Positions 36,412 through 46,126 of a stretch of 64,000 nucleotides of DNA are shown here, one piece after another. Position 1 is the first letter of the stretch. The number at the start of each line of letters is the position of its first letter. A program made the translations under genes and the position numbers. The notes beneath the pieces were generated by a model. The model was not told the origin of the DNA. It was given only the letters and a program-made list of their open reading frames with translations, and made no database searches. The DNA is from Promethearchaeota archaeon. GTDB taxonomy: Archaea; Asgardarchaeota; Thorarchaeia; Thorarchaeales; Thorarchaeaceae. The stretch is taken from assembly GCA_048939765.1 (NCBI GenBank), contig JBHLPF010000003.1:32001-96000 (forward strand). Direction: 5' to 3'.

Positions 36412-38736
36412 TTGACAGTGTTGCTAGGACTCCCCTATTGGCTTATCCTCGTAATTCCACTGCTTGGCTCCCTCCTCGTTCCACTTGTTGGAAGGTTCAG
36501 TGAGCGTGCACGAGACTGGACTCCTGCGATCCTAATGGGAATCTCTATGGTCTTCTGCTGGTCGCTGCTGCCTGAAATCGGCCATCCTACTCAGACAACA
36601 AGCTGGATGTGGATTGAAGTTCTAGGGCTCGAATTTGAAGTGCTTCTAGATCCGCTCTCTGTTGTGATGGGCATTCTAGCCAGCACCCTCTGTTTCCTCA
36701 TCTATGTCTATTCAACCGAATATATGGCTCATGAAGGAGACCGTGACCGGTTCTTCTTCCTCATGCTTGCCTTCGGCGGCGGAATGCTCACGCTCGTGCT
36801 CAGCAACAATCTGCTGATCGCATTCATCGGATGGGAGATCATGGGATTCTGCTCCTACGGTTTGATAGGATTCTGGAATGACAAGAGGAACCCTCCCGAG
36901 ACCGACCCGACAGACATTCACTACACAAACCCACTTCTTCAATTCAAGACCGAGGGACAGTATAACACTCACTGCGGGACCAAGGCATTCGTTGTTACCC
37001 GTATCGGTGATGCATTCATGCTTGGTGGAATCCTGATTCTCTTCGTCTTCACCGGCACTTTCTCATTCACCGAGATGGCTGCTGATGCCCAATCTTGGTG
37101 GAGCACCATGGCTGGCATTGGCATGCTAGTGCCTACATTCTTGCTTATCTTCATGGGCGCTATTGGTAAGTCTGGACAGGCACCATTGCAGGTTTGGCTA
37201 CCAGAGGCTATGGCGGGTCCAACAAGCGTATCTGCTCTCATCCACGCTGCAACGATGGTCAAGGCGGGAGTCTATATCACCGCACGATTCCTAGTCACAA
37301 TGGTATCAGCAGCTGGCGGTGAGGGAAATGGAGGAGAACATATTGCTGGTCTACAGGCAATTGGCTTTGAGGCTGCACTGACGTTCTTCATCTTTGTAGC
37401 GATTATAGGCGGCATAACTGCCCTCATGACTGCGACCATGGGAATGGTCTCAAACGAGCTCAAGCAGATACTGGCGTTCTCAACACTCAGCCAGCTTGGA
37501 TACATGATGCTCTCACTAGGTGTGGGTGGCGTTCTTCAGGCCGAGGGACTTCATTTCGGTGATGCATACTTGAGTGGCGTTATGCATGTGATTTCGCATG
37601 GTGCCTTCAAGGCTCTTTTGTTCCTTGCATCAGGAGGAGTCATCCATGCTGTGCATTCGAAGTTCATTACCAAGATGGGGGGTCTCAAGCAACACATGCG
37701 TAAGACCTTCATCGTTATGTGGATTGGTGTTCTCGCTCTTGCAGGCATACCGCCGTTCTCAGGGTTCTGGTCAAAGGACTCTATCATCGAGTATGCCTAT
37801 GAGCTGGCGGTTGAATGGCCGAATCCGTTAGGTTGGATGCTATTCTTCTTTGCAGTCCTAGCAGCCGCCTGCACACTATTTTATAGCCTCCGACTCATGG
37901 GCATCACTTTCTATGGCCCTTCCAAGGAGAGTCACGACCATCACGAGTCACACGGCTCACACGAGAATGAGGAATCCGAAGAACATGAAGAGTTACATTA
38001 TGATGACCTAGATGAGCAAGAAGAATCGCATGATGATGATTCAGAGGAGCATGAAGAACCGCATGACAGCCCCTCTGAAGAGCAGGATCACTCAACTCCT
38101 CATGATCCGGGACCGGCAATGATGGTGCCATTGTATATACTAGCGGCTTTCACAATCATTGCATTCCTCGTCTTCCCATTCGTTCAGAACATTGTGCTTG
38201 AGGAGAGCCACACCTGGGCTGAGAACTTTGCTCACATGATAGAAGTCAAGCTAACCTACCCGGGCATCGTGCCGTTCATGATTACACTTGGCGCACTCGC
38301 TTTGGGTGGAATTCCTGGATATGTGATGTACATCAGGGGTGCAGACACTCCCAACACTTGGGTTCCGGAGAAAGGCTTTCGAAGGAGAGTTCATAATTTC
38401 CTCAAGCACCGATGGTACATCAACGAAATGTACTATGGATTACTAAACCGATTCCTGAGTGCTGCCGAGCGTTACCGAGTGAATGTTGACGATAAGATCA
38501 TCGATGGCATCGACTTCAAGTCCGCTGACACAGGCAAAGGCCTTGCCACCAAATTGAGGTGGTTCGATGACAATGTGGTTGACGGCTTTGCTGAGGGGGT
38601 ATCTACGTACAGTGTTGCCGCTTCAGAGTCTGGCCAATCTGCACAGACTGGTCGAGTCAATGACTACGTTGGAGTGATCATGTTCGGGATTGGGATACTT
38701 GTCATCATTGTTCTTCTGTCGCTGGGGGTGCTCTAG
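36412..38736 (+). CDS. nuoL: Antiporter-like subunit NuoL with His/acidic insert and extended lateral helix
   Basis: GWEIMGFCSY, KAFVVTRIGD, GKSGQAPLQVWLPEAMAGPT.VSALIHAATMVKAG, GFWSKD, WYINEMY..QTG. Confidence 0.93.
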   Translation: MTVLLGLPYWLILVIPLLGSLLVPLVGRFSERARDWTPAILMGISMVFCWSLLPEIGHPTQTTSWMWIEVLGLEFEVLLDPLSVVMGILASTLCFLIYVYSTEYMAHEGDRDRFFFLMLAFGGGMLTLVLSNNLLIAFIGWEIMGFCSYGLIGFWNDKRNPPETDPTDIHYTNPLLQFKTEGQYNTHCGTKAFVVTRIGDAFMLGGILILFVFTGTFSFTEMAADAQSWWSTMAGIGMLVPTFLLIFMGAIGKSGQAPLQVWLPEAMAGPTSVSALIHAATMVKAGVYITARFLVTMVSAAGGEGNGGEHIAGLQAIGFEAALTFFIFVAIIGGITALMTATMGMVSNELKQILAFSTLSQLGYMMLSLGVGGVLQAEGLHFGDAYLSGVMHVISHGAFKALLFLASGGVIHAVHSKFITKMGGLKQHMRKTFIVMWIGVLALAGIPPFSGFWSKDSIIEYAYELAVEWPNPLGWMLFFFAVLAAACTLFYSLRLMGITFYGPSKESHDHHESHGSHENEESEEHEELHYDDLDEQEESHDDDSEEHEEPHDSPSEEQDHSTPHDPGPAMMVPLYILAAFTIIAFLVFPFVQNIVLEESHTWAENFAHMIEVKLTYPGIVPFMITLGALALGGIPGYVMYIRGADTPNTWVPEKGFRRRVHNFLKHRWYINEMYYGLLNRFLSAAERYRVNVDDKIIDGIDFKSADTGKGLATKLRWFDDNVVDGFAEGVSTYSVAASESGQSAQTGRVNDYVGVIMFGIGILVIIVLLSLGVL

Positions 38737-38737
38737 A

Positions 38738-40282
38738 ATGCAGCTAGATCTCATCCAAAATCTTATCGCAATGTTGCCTATGGAAAGCATCCTCCCCTTC
38801 ATGCTTTTCCTACCACTTGTAGCAGCATTCATCGCTTACATCGTTGGAGGCAGAGGAGCTAGAGCAATTACCATTGCCATTACTTTCTTCGAGCTGTTGC
38901 TTTCAATCGTCCTTATTGTCGCCATTTTGCCTAATCCTGGAGCAATGTGGTATGAATGGACATTTACACTCAGTACAGTGCAATTCGCAAGCTGGACCGC
39001 GGTTCTTCAGATATTTCTTGGAGTCGATGGAATCTCAGTTGCTATGGTGTTCCTATCAAACCTCGTAGTCTTCATTGCGGCTCTTAGCTCAAATCATATC
39101 CACAAATCCAGGCACCTGTATTACATGTTCTTCCTGATGCTCCAGACAGGGCTGCTTGGCGTTTTCATGTCATTTGATCTTATCAGCTTCTTCATTTTCT
39201 GGGAGTTGGTCCTGATACCGATGTTCTTCATAATTGGTAGATGGGGAGAAGAGGGATGTGAACATGCAGCTGTCAAATTCTTCATCTATACACATCTTGG
39301 ATCGGCTGTGATGCTGGTCTCATTCATGGCACTGTTCTTCCTGGGACCCGGTACATTCAACATGATTGCTATCAAGGCTGCACCCATTGCAATCAACATC
39401 CAAATTGGTTTTGCTCTGGCTGTCTTTCTGGGTGCTGGCGTCAAGCTCCCAGTGTTTCCCTTGCACAACTGGCTTCCATGGGCCCACGTTAAAGCACCGA
39501 CTCCTGGTTCAGTGATACTCGCTGGGATACTCTTGAAGATGGGAGGATATGGATTCATCAGACTAGGTCTCTGGATGGTCCCGCAGGGATTTGCTCGACT
39601 CAGTATCCCATTCGCTGTCCTCGCGGTCTTCACATGCATCTATGCTGCATTCGTAGCAATGGGCCAGACTGACGTGAAGTCAATGGTCGCCTACACATCG
39701 ATAAACCACATGGCTTGGGTGTTGCTTGGAGTTGCCATTGGAGGATTTGCCATCGGTGGTGGAGCTACGGAAGGTCAGCTCTTCTCAGCTAGTCTTGCAG
39801 TTCAGGGAGCGGTTTTCATGATGGTATCTCATGGGATGATCTCCTCTGTCATGTTCATCCTCGCCGGCCAGCTGAAGTACTCAGCTGGAAGCAGATTGAT
39901 ACCTGATGTCATGGGTCTGATGACAAAGGCTCCTAGGATGTCGGCAGTCTTTATCCTCGCAGTCTTCGCAGCCTTTGGATTGCCCGGAATGAGTGGATTC
40001 ATTGCGGAAGCATTAGTGCTCTTTGGCTCTGTGAATGTCTATATCTGGTCTGGCTTCATTGCGTTCGGCATCTTTGTCACAGTGGGCTATCTCCTCTGGA
40101 CACTGAACCGAATTGTGTTTAGTGACCCTGATTCTGAGAAGGAAGTTACTGAAGCACCATGGAGTGATCTTATTGCGCCAATCTTGATGATGATACCAGT
40201 GATTATCCTTGGGCTCTGGCCAGACCTTGTCCTTAATCTAGTGATACCAATAGTCAATGACATGATAGGGGTGATTCCATGA
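38738..40282 (+). CDS. nuoM: Antiporter-like subunit NuoM, copy 2
   Basis: LGVDGIS, FWELVLIPMFFII..WG, VKLPVFPLHNWLP.AHV.AP..GSVILAGILLKMGGYG, LPG.SGFIAE. Confidence 0.92.
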   Translation: MQLDLIQNLIAMLPMESILPFMLFLPLVAAFIAYIVGGRGARAITIAITFFELLLSIVLIVAILPNPGAMWYEWTFTLSTVQFASWTAVLQIFLGVDGISVAMVFLSNLVVFIAALSSNHIHKSRHLYYMFFLMLQTGLLGVFMSFDLISFFIFWELVLIPMFFIIGRWGEEGCEHAAVKFFIYTHLGSAVMLVSFMALFFLGPGTFNMIAIKAAPIAINIQIGFALAVFLGAGVKLPVFPLHNWLPWAHVKAPTPGSVILAGILLKMGGYGFIRLGLWMVPQGFARLSIPFAVLAVFTCIYAAFVAMGQTDVKSMVAYTSINHMAWVLLGVAIGGFAIGGGATEGQLFSASLAVQGAVFMMVSHGMISSVMFILAGQLKYSAGSRLIPDVMGLMTKAPRMSAVFILAVFAAFGLPGMSGFIAEALVLFGSVNVYIWSGFIAFGIFVTVGYLLWTLNRIVFSDPDSEKEVTEAPWSDLIAPILMMIPVIILGLWPDLVLNLVIPIVNDMIGVIP

Positions 40283-41757
40283 TGCTACAATTCTCAACGA
40301 TAATCGATGCTATCAGCGACATCCTGAGTCCCTTCTTTGCACTTGTCCCGGCGGAGTGGCTGGTATCGCTGCCAGCATTGACACTTATCCTATTCGGAAT
40401 CATTGCACTTATTGTTGGAATGAGAAGAAGTCCATTGGCAGTAAGTTTCATTGGTCTATTCCTTGCGGGTCTTGAGATGATTCTCATCGACCCAGGTTCT
40501 TCATTTGGAGGGCTATTCGTAAGAGACATGTTTGGTGATTTCTTCATCTGGATCATTCTTGTTGTCGCGTTTATTATCTTGCTCTCGTCAACTACATATG
40601 GAGGAAATAGAGGCACATACAACTTTCTCCTCATGATGTCATTTGCTGGCGCAATATGGGTCGTCATGGCGACTGATCTTATTGCCCTGTATCTTGCCTG
40701 GGAATTAATGAGTACTCCAACATACATACTCGTCGCCTTAGGACCTCATCGAGGAGCCATAGACGGAGCAACGAAGTACTTCGTCATGGGACTGGTGTCT
40801 TCAGGCCTTATCGTATTTGGAATCGCACTAGTCTATGGCGCTACAGGTTATACAAGCTTTGCAGCGATAGGCACATTCGTGGCTTCTGTGTGGAGTGCCG
40901 GTTCACCTTCCGCCTATGCAATGCTTCTTGCTATGGTGCTATTCCTGATAGGCTTCGGATTCAAAGTCGGGGTGTTCCCAGGATGGATGTGGGTTCCGGA
41001 TGCATACGCCACCGCCGATGGAAGCGTTACAGGTTATCTCGCCGGCGCGACCAAAAAGACCGGTGTCAGTGCCTTGCTCAGAATACTGCTTGTAGGATTT
41101 GTTGCAGCGCAGTTGGAATGGATGCCTGTGGTTGTGACCATCTCCATCCTTACAATGGTCATTGGAAACATCCTTGCGCTCTCACAACGTAATATCATGA
41201 GAATGTTTGCTTTCTCGTCGATTATGATGATGGGCCTCCTTTTCGTGGGGATAGCTGCAGGGACTGCTTTCGGAGCAGCAGCTGCGATGTTCACTGCGTT
41301 TGCCCATGCTCTCATAAAGACAGGTGCATTCATCCTCGTCTGGGCATTAGCTGTGTCTATTGGAAAAGAAGTCACATATGAAGATCTGAAAGGGCTCAGT
41401 ACCCGTGCTCCGGTTGTGGCCCTACTAATGGCCGTTCTGGTCTTTGCGCTGGCAGGTGCTCCTTTCACAGCAGGATTCTGGTTCAAGTGGTTCCTATTGC
41501 CTGGAGCTGCGGTTGATGCCGGACTTTGGTGGTTGGCAATAATTGCTGTACTGAACTCAGTGTTCGCACTTGGCTATTATCTGAGGATTCTCAGGTATTG
41601 CTACTTCATGGAACCAACAGAAAGCACAATCCTGCGCATACCAACAATTCCTCTTGTCGCAGTGGTACTCGCAGTCGTGGGCACAATAGTAATTGGCATA
41701 TTCCCAGGTCTAATCCTAGACTATGCATCATTAGCAGCTGGAGTCCTCGTCCCATAG
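40279..41757 (+). CDS. nuoN: Antiporter-like subunit NuoN
   Basis: WELMS.P.Y.L, KYFVMG, FKVGVFP..WVPDAY, AGAPFTAGFWFK, YYLR. Confidence 0.9.
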   Translation: MMLQFSTIIDAISDILSPFFALVPAEWLVSLPALTLILFGIIALIVGMRRSPLAVSFIGLFLAGLEMILIDPGSSFGGLFVRDMFGDFFIWIILVVAFIILLSSTTYGGNRGTYNFLLMMSFAGAIWVVMATDLIALYLAWELMSTPTYILVALGPHRGAIDGATKYFVMGLVSSGLIVFGIALVYGATGYTSFAAIGTFVASVWSAGSPSAYAMLLAMVLFLIGFGFKVGVFPGWMWVPDAYATADGSVTGYLAGATKKTGVSALLRILLVGFVAAQLEWMPVVVTISILTMVIGNILALSQRNIMRMFAFSSIMMMGLLFVGIAAGTAFGAAAAMFTAFAHALIKTGAFILVWALAVSIGKEVTYEDLKGLSTRAPVVALLMAVLVFALAGAPFTAGFWFKWFLLPGAAVDAGLWWLAIIAVLNSVFALGYYLRILRYCYFMEPTESTILRIPTIPLVAVVLAVVGTIVIGIFPGLILDYASLAAGVLVP

Positions 41758-41962
41758 CTCGGTAGAATCAGCATAGGTTACCGTAAAGCAAGTGACTTCC
41801 CAAATGGAAACTTGATGAGTTAAGTACCTTTGATGGGTGTGCCTGACATCCTAGTGTTCGTTACTAATCCCTGACATCTCAGATCATTTGTTGCGCGCAA
41901 GTCGCCATTGATCTAAAAGGGCGAGAGAAACGGGGCCAGCCTGCTCTTTCGCCCACCATATT

Positions 41963-42514
41963 TCATTCAACTGCTTTGTCGCTGTATTTTCTGACTCCCG
42001 AAGTTATGAGGTCCGTGAATAACGCCTCAACATTCTCGCCTGTCTTTGCACTGGTTTCAATATGAGTGACGTCCAGCCAATCGGTCAGCATCTGTCCTGC
42101 TTCAGGGGGCACTCTCCTATCTTCCAAGTCAATTTTGTTTGCCACTATTGTTACCGTAGCATCGGGATTCACAGACATGAAATGCGAATACCAATCATAT
42201 ACATGAAGAAATGACCTCGGATTCGTCACATCATAGACAATGAAAGCGATACTAGCTCCAGCCATATATCGCAGCCTAAGTTCTTTGAAATCGGGTTGTC
42301 CGCCAAGGTCCCATAGAACAATCTGTACAGGCATAGTCTTTTCTTCGGTCAATGCAACTTGAAGATTCTTGACCGCTATGTTTGTTCCCATGGTCGCCTG
42401 ATACGACTCACCAAAGCTATTCTCAGTGTATCTGATTATACAGCTTGTCTTACCTGAAGCCGCGTCACCCAAGCTGACCATTTTGAACATATAACGCGGT
42501 GTTCTTCTTGACAC
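41963..42514 (-). CDS. Small Ras/Rab-like GTPase (Asgard-type eukaryotic signature family)
   Basis: G1 GDAASGKT, G2 ATMG, G3 WDLGGQ, G4 NKID, G5 ETSAK; no CAAX; GTG 42514 preceded by GGAG (ATG 42562 possible). Confidence 0.92.
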   Translation of the reverse strand: MSRRTPRYMFKMVSLGDAASGKTSCIIRYTENSFGESYQATMGTNIAVKNLQVALTEEKTMPVQIVLWDLGGQPDFKELRLRYMAGASIAFIVYDVTNPRSFLHVYDWYSHFMSVNPDATVTIVANKIDLEDRRVPPEAGQMLTDWLDVTHIETSAKTGENVEALFTDLITSGVRKYSDKAVE

Positions 42515-42649
42515 GCCAAGCTCCTTCCCGGAATATCTCTCATTGATGACTAGGTCCAGCATATAATCGCATTTCAGACATACAGATGGAAAACAGTAAC
42601 AAATCAGAAGATAATTGCGGGTCGGGAGTGACTCCATCCCCAGCGGTTT

Positions 42650-44044
42650 CTAAGAGTTCTGAGACAAGCTGAGAACATTGGATAATGCTTGAGCCGCTCT
42701 TTCAGGATTTGAGAATACAGGGACATGCCCGCGTTCCAATCTGTCCTTGCCAGTTGGTGGTGTGCATACAGGTGAATTCAGAATTGCGATGACTGCTTTT
42801 TCGGAAGTGGAGGTCTTCTCTAGAATCGGATCAATAGGCACTCCTCCCCCAATATCATCCTGATAGTTTGGAGAGAACACTATAATTACCGCATCATATT
42901 GTGGCTCGTCCATTATCAGATTGAAAGCTCCCGCGAAGATTTCAGGATCAGCCCAGCCCTGAGCGAGTAGATCAACAGGATTGGTGATCTCTATCTCAAC
43001 TTGCATTCCAAGCATCTTTTGAATTGTCGATGAAGTTCCCTGAGAAGGAGGAGGAAGTGATACCCCTGCGTTTTCGAGTATCTGCGCTGCTATGAGCGAT
43101 GGACCGAGCGTATGAGTTACAATAGCTACGTTACGCCCCCTTAGGCGCTTTCTGCAGATAGAGAGGATTTTGGCTGTGTCTATCATCTCAGTGACAGTGT
43201 TCGCTTCAATTGCGCCACTCTGACGTGCAGCGGCCGAATATAGTTCATGCCGACCTGCTAGGCTGCCTGTATGACTCAAAGCTACTTTCCTTGATGTGGG
43301 AGTCTTGCCAACTTTGTACATGATGATCGGCTTGTCTTTTGTCACATGTGCCATCTCATTGTACATTGACCTAGCGTGTTCAGTACCTTCCACAAACAAG
43401 CAGACGACTTCTGTTTCATCATCCTGTCCAAAATATCTCACCATGTCGTGGAAGTCGATGTTGACTCTATTTCCAATGCTGGCAAATTTGGAGACTCCAA
43501 CGCCTGAGTCAGCAGCTTCATAGAGCATAAGACCTGCCACACCTCCGCTTTGACTGACAAGGGCAACACTGCCTCCTTGAACTGGAGCAGGATGTGGAAA
43601 GAACGTAGCATTTAGTGCATTACGCGGATTGCCTGCGCCAAGGCAGTTGGGACCAATGACAGCTATATGAGATGCGTCTGCAGTCTCCTTTACTTGCGCC
43701 TGATGTTCTTCGCCGAGTGGACCCAACTCCTTGAATCCTGCAGAGAATATGATTACACCTCCAGCATTTGCCTCAGCACAGTCTTTGAGTGCTGGGAGGA
43801 CATTCAATGGCCCAAGAGCTATAATTGCTAAATCAATATCCTCCCCTATATCCGTCGCACTGAAGTAGCATTTGAGCCCATTAATTTCGGAATAACGCGG
43901 ATTCACCGGGTACTTTCTTGCATTTGAGTCTTTGAGAGCGCGAAGTGTTAGTGATCCCAGCTTGTTAGGTCGATTTGAGGCGCCGATAATCGCTATAGAT
44001 TCTGGATTGAAGAGCCTGTCAAGGGAATTAACCTTCCAGCTCAA
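42650..44044 (-). CDS. acdA: ADP-forming acyl-CoA synthetase alpha subunit-like (AcdA)
   Basis: LFNPESIAIIGAS, YPVNP, IGPNCLG, SQSGG, SHTGSLAG phospho-His, NPVDL. Confidence 0.88.
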   Translation of the reverse strand: MSWKVNSLDRLFNPESIAIIGASNRPNKLGSLTLRALKDSNARKYPVNPRYSEINGLKCYFSATDIGEDIDLAIIALGPLNVLPALKDCAEANAGGVIIFSAGFKELGPLGEEHQAQVKETADASHIAVIGPNCLGAGNPRNALNATFFPHPAPVQGGSVALVSQSGGVAGLMLYEAADSGVGVSKFASIGNRVNIDFHDMVRYFGQDDETEVVCLFVEGTEHARSMYNEMAHVTKDKPIIMYKVGKTPTSRKVALSHTGSLAGRHELYSAAARQSGAIEANTVTEMIDTAKILSICRKRLRGRNVAIVTHTLGPSLIAAQILENAGVSLPPPSQGTSSTIQKMLGMQVEIEITNPVDLLAQGWADPEIFAGAFNLIMDEPQYDAVIIVFSPNYQDDIGGGVPIDPILEKTSTSEKAVIAILNSPVCTPPTGKDRLERGHVPVFSNPERAAQALSNVLSLSQNS

Positions 44045-44949
44045 GGTTCATCTCTCCTACCCTTGTCATCTACCAGTTCGCGAATCTTGTCGAGTATGAT
44101 AAAACGTATCTCCTCTGAAGCTTGCTCATAGTCTGATAGTATCACTCTTCTAATCCCGCATTCCTTGGCAAGATGGACCATATACTCTTGAATTTGACGA
44201 GCAGCAAGGAATTCATTTTCCCTTATCTCTGCATCAGATGATACAGTCTTGAGTCCAGTAGCACTATGCTTGGCAAGGAACATAGTACGATGAGTTTGTT
44301 CTTCAGGATGGACTAGAATCTCCAAGACGCCAGGGCTAATGTCTTGAAGACTGCCGGGAAGAATGTGGACGCCCTCAACCAACCCCTCAGCTCCTTCCTG
44401 CACCATTCTATCCACAGCATCACGGATAGTGGGCTCTATCAATTCACATTGAGCCAAATACCCCCTGATCATTGGGTCGAGTTCCTCAGGGCTTGCTTTT
44501 CGATATCTATGGGCTTGGTATGTATGACAGTGCAACTCCGGGTACTCTTCCTTGGAATAAATGCATCTGAGTACCTGCCTGACAGTATCAGTACTAATGA
44601 TTCGTGTAATTGAGAGAAAGACTATGAAGTCCAATGCTAGCATCGACTTGCCAGTAGCTGATGCTCCCTCCAGTACTAAAACGAGTGGAGGAATCTCTCT
44701 TGTAGTTCTCCTTAATGCTTCGTATTTTGTAATGAGGTCGTATTCTGCTAGATATGATTCAGGTACTTGTTCTCGCGCAATAGATGCTACTGTTTCCGTG
44801 GAGATGCCTGATTCAGATGCTGCGATTTTACTAGCCAGCTTCAGTAGAATGTCATCTGTGTCACCATATGATAGACCTGCAGTCAGGAGCTTTCCACGTA
44901 GAGCAGCCAATGGAAACGGTAAGGAATCACCGTGATAGTCAATCTTCAT
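44041..44949 (-). CDS. 2-phosphoglycerate kinase-like P-loop protein
   Basis: PLVLVLEGASATGKS, ISTDTVRQVLR, VEGVHILP. Confidence 0.75.
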   Translation of the reverse strand: MKIDYHGDSLPFPLAALRGKLLTAGLSYGDTDDILLKLASKIAASESGISTETVASIAREQVPESYLAEYDLITKYEALRRTTREIPPLVLVLEGASATGKSMLALDFIVFLSITRIISTDTVRQVLRCIYSKEEYPELHCHTYQAHRYRKASPEELDPMIRGYLAQCELIEPTIRDAVDRMVQEGAEGLVEGVHILPGSLQDISPGVLEILVHPEEQTHRTMFLAKHSATGLKTVSSDAEIRENEFLAARQIQEYMVHLAKECGIRRVILSDYEQASEEIRFIILDKIRELVDDKGRRDEP

Positions 44950-44976
44950 GCAGGTTTCTATGAGCAGATAACCGAC

Positions 44977-45480
44977 TCAAAAGCCCTTCCATGAGCAGTA
45001 TCCTTTTTCCTCTCTTCCCGGAGTTCCCCTGAATGATCTACCCGTCCTCGTTCGAGGGCTTCTTCGTTGCGGCTTCTGTCCTGCGAAAGGCCTGCTCATA
45101 TCAACTGATTCATTCACATCCTCAATGTGTCTTTGAGTTTCCTTAAACTCACCATCTCGACTCCGAAGAAGGTACATGCATTCATCATATTCTCTCACGT
45201 AGCCTTTTGTCAAAAGATAGGTCCGGCCCTCCTGTAGAGAATCGGTGTCTTCATTCCAAAGTGTCATGTTGATTCTTGCGGTTGAATCGCCGGCAACAAC
45301 ATCTTGAACTAGGAACCTTCTACCCGTCTTGTTTGAGCTTACCTGTCGAGTTTGACTCGTTGAAACTATCTTGAGAAGTACCCCCACCGATCTGGTGAAT
45401 GGAGTTAAGTCAGCAACCGAGGTTAGTTCTAGGCTCAACTCCTCTCCAGCTGAGGATTCTATTAGTGATACCATGTTCAT
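44977..45480 (-). CDS. Single OB-fold ssDNA-binding protein with basic tail
   Basis: VAGDSTARINMTLWN, EG..Y....GYV, Arg/Gly-rich C-terminus. Confidence 0.75.
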   Translation of the reverse strand: MNMVSLIESSAGEELSLELTSVADLTPFTRSVGVLLKIVSTSQTRQVSSNKTGRRFLVQDVVAGDSTARINMTLWNEDTDSLQEGRTYLLTKGYVREYDECMYLLRSRDGEFKETQRHIEDVNESVDMSRPFAGQKPQRRSPRTRTGRSFRGTPGREEKGYCSWKGF

Positions 45481-45628
45481 TCTCCTTCCTGTATGTTGAC
45501 ACTCCTAAAGAACTACTACAGGAGCGGAAGTCGATCCCAGAATGCCGCTACGCAACTGCAAATCCTAACCATTCATAAGTCGGTTTCACCAAGATTACAT
45601 GTTTGAATACGAAGCATGCAGGGATGAG

Positions 45629-46030
45629 ATGTCAGTGACAACCACCATTCTCATAGTTGATGATGAGCCAGGAATAGTTGACATAATGACTGAGTATCTT
45701 AGAAGATACATAGATGATCTGGAAGTCATTCCTGCAATCGATGGCGAAGCAGCTTTAGAGAGGATCTCTGAACTCAGAGCCGAAGGCAGGCTTCCTCAAA
45801 TGACATTGATGGATCTCAAGATGCCCGTAATGGACGGGATAGCCTGTACTGAGAAGCTGACAGAACTAGGCGTTGAGAATGTGCACATCCTTACAGCCTA
45901 TGTTGACCGTGAACTCATCAGTAAAGCTGTTTCCGCTGGAGCCAAGGGACTGCTAATGAAAAGCGAAGGACTTCGTACAATCGCTATGAAAGTGGCCGAG
46001 ATGATTCGTGTGATGCGCCCTTCGATGTGA
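45629..46030 (+). CDS. Stand-alone response regulator receiver (CheY-like)
   Basis: ILIVDDE, LMDLKMPVMDG, ILTA, GA..LLMK. Confidence 0.9.
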   Translation: MSVTTTILIVDDEPGIVDIMTEYLRRYIDDLEVIPAIDGEAALERISELRAEGRLPQMTLMDLKMPVMDGIACTEKLTELGVENVHILTAYVDRELISKAVSAGAKGLLMKSEGLRTIAMKVAEMIRVMRPSM

Positions 46031-46126
46031 CAGCAGCTGCGTTTTTTGATGACTCTATATGCACAACCCTTTTCTGCTGAGAATCGAGTAGAAGCAGACT
46101 GCTAGAGACTAGGTGAGGAAATCAAT

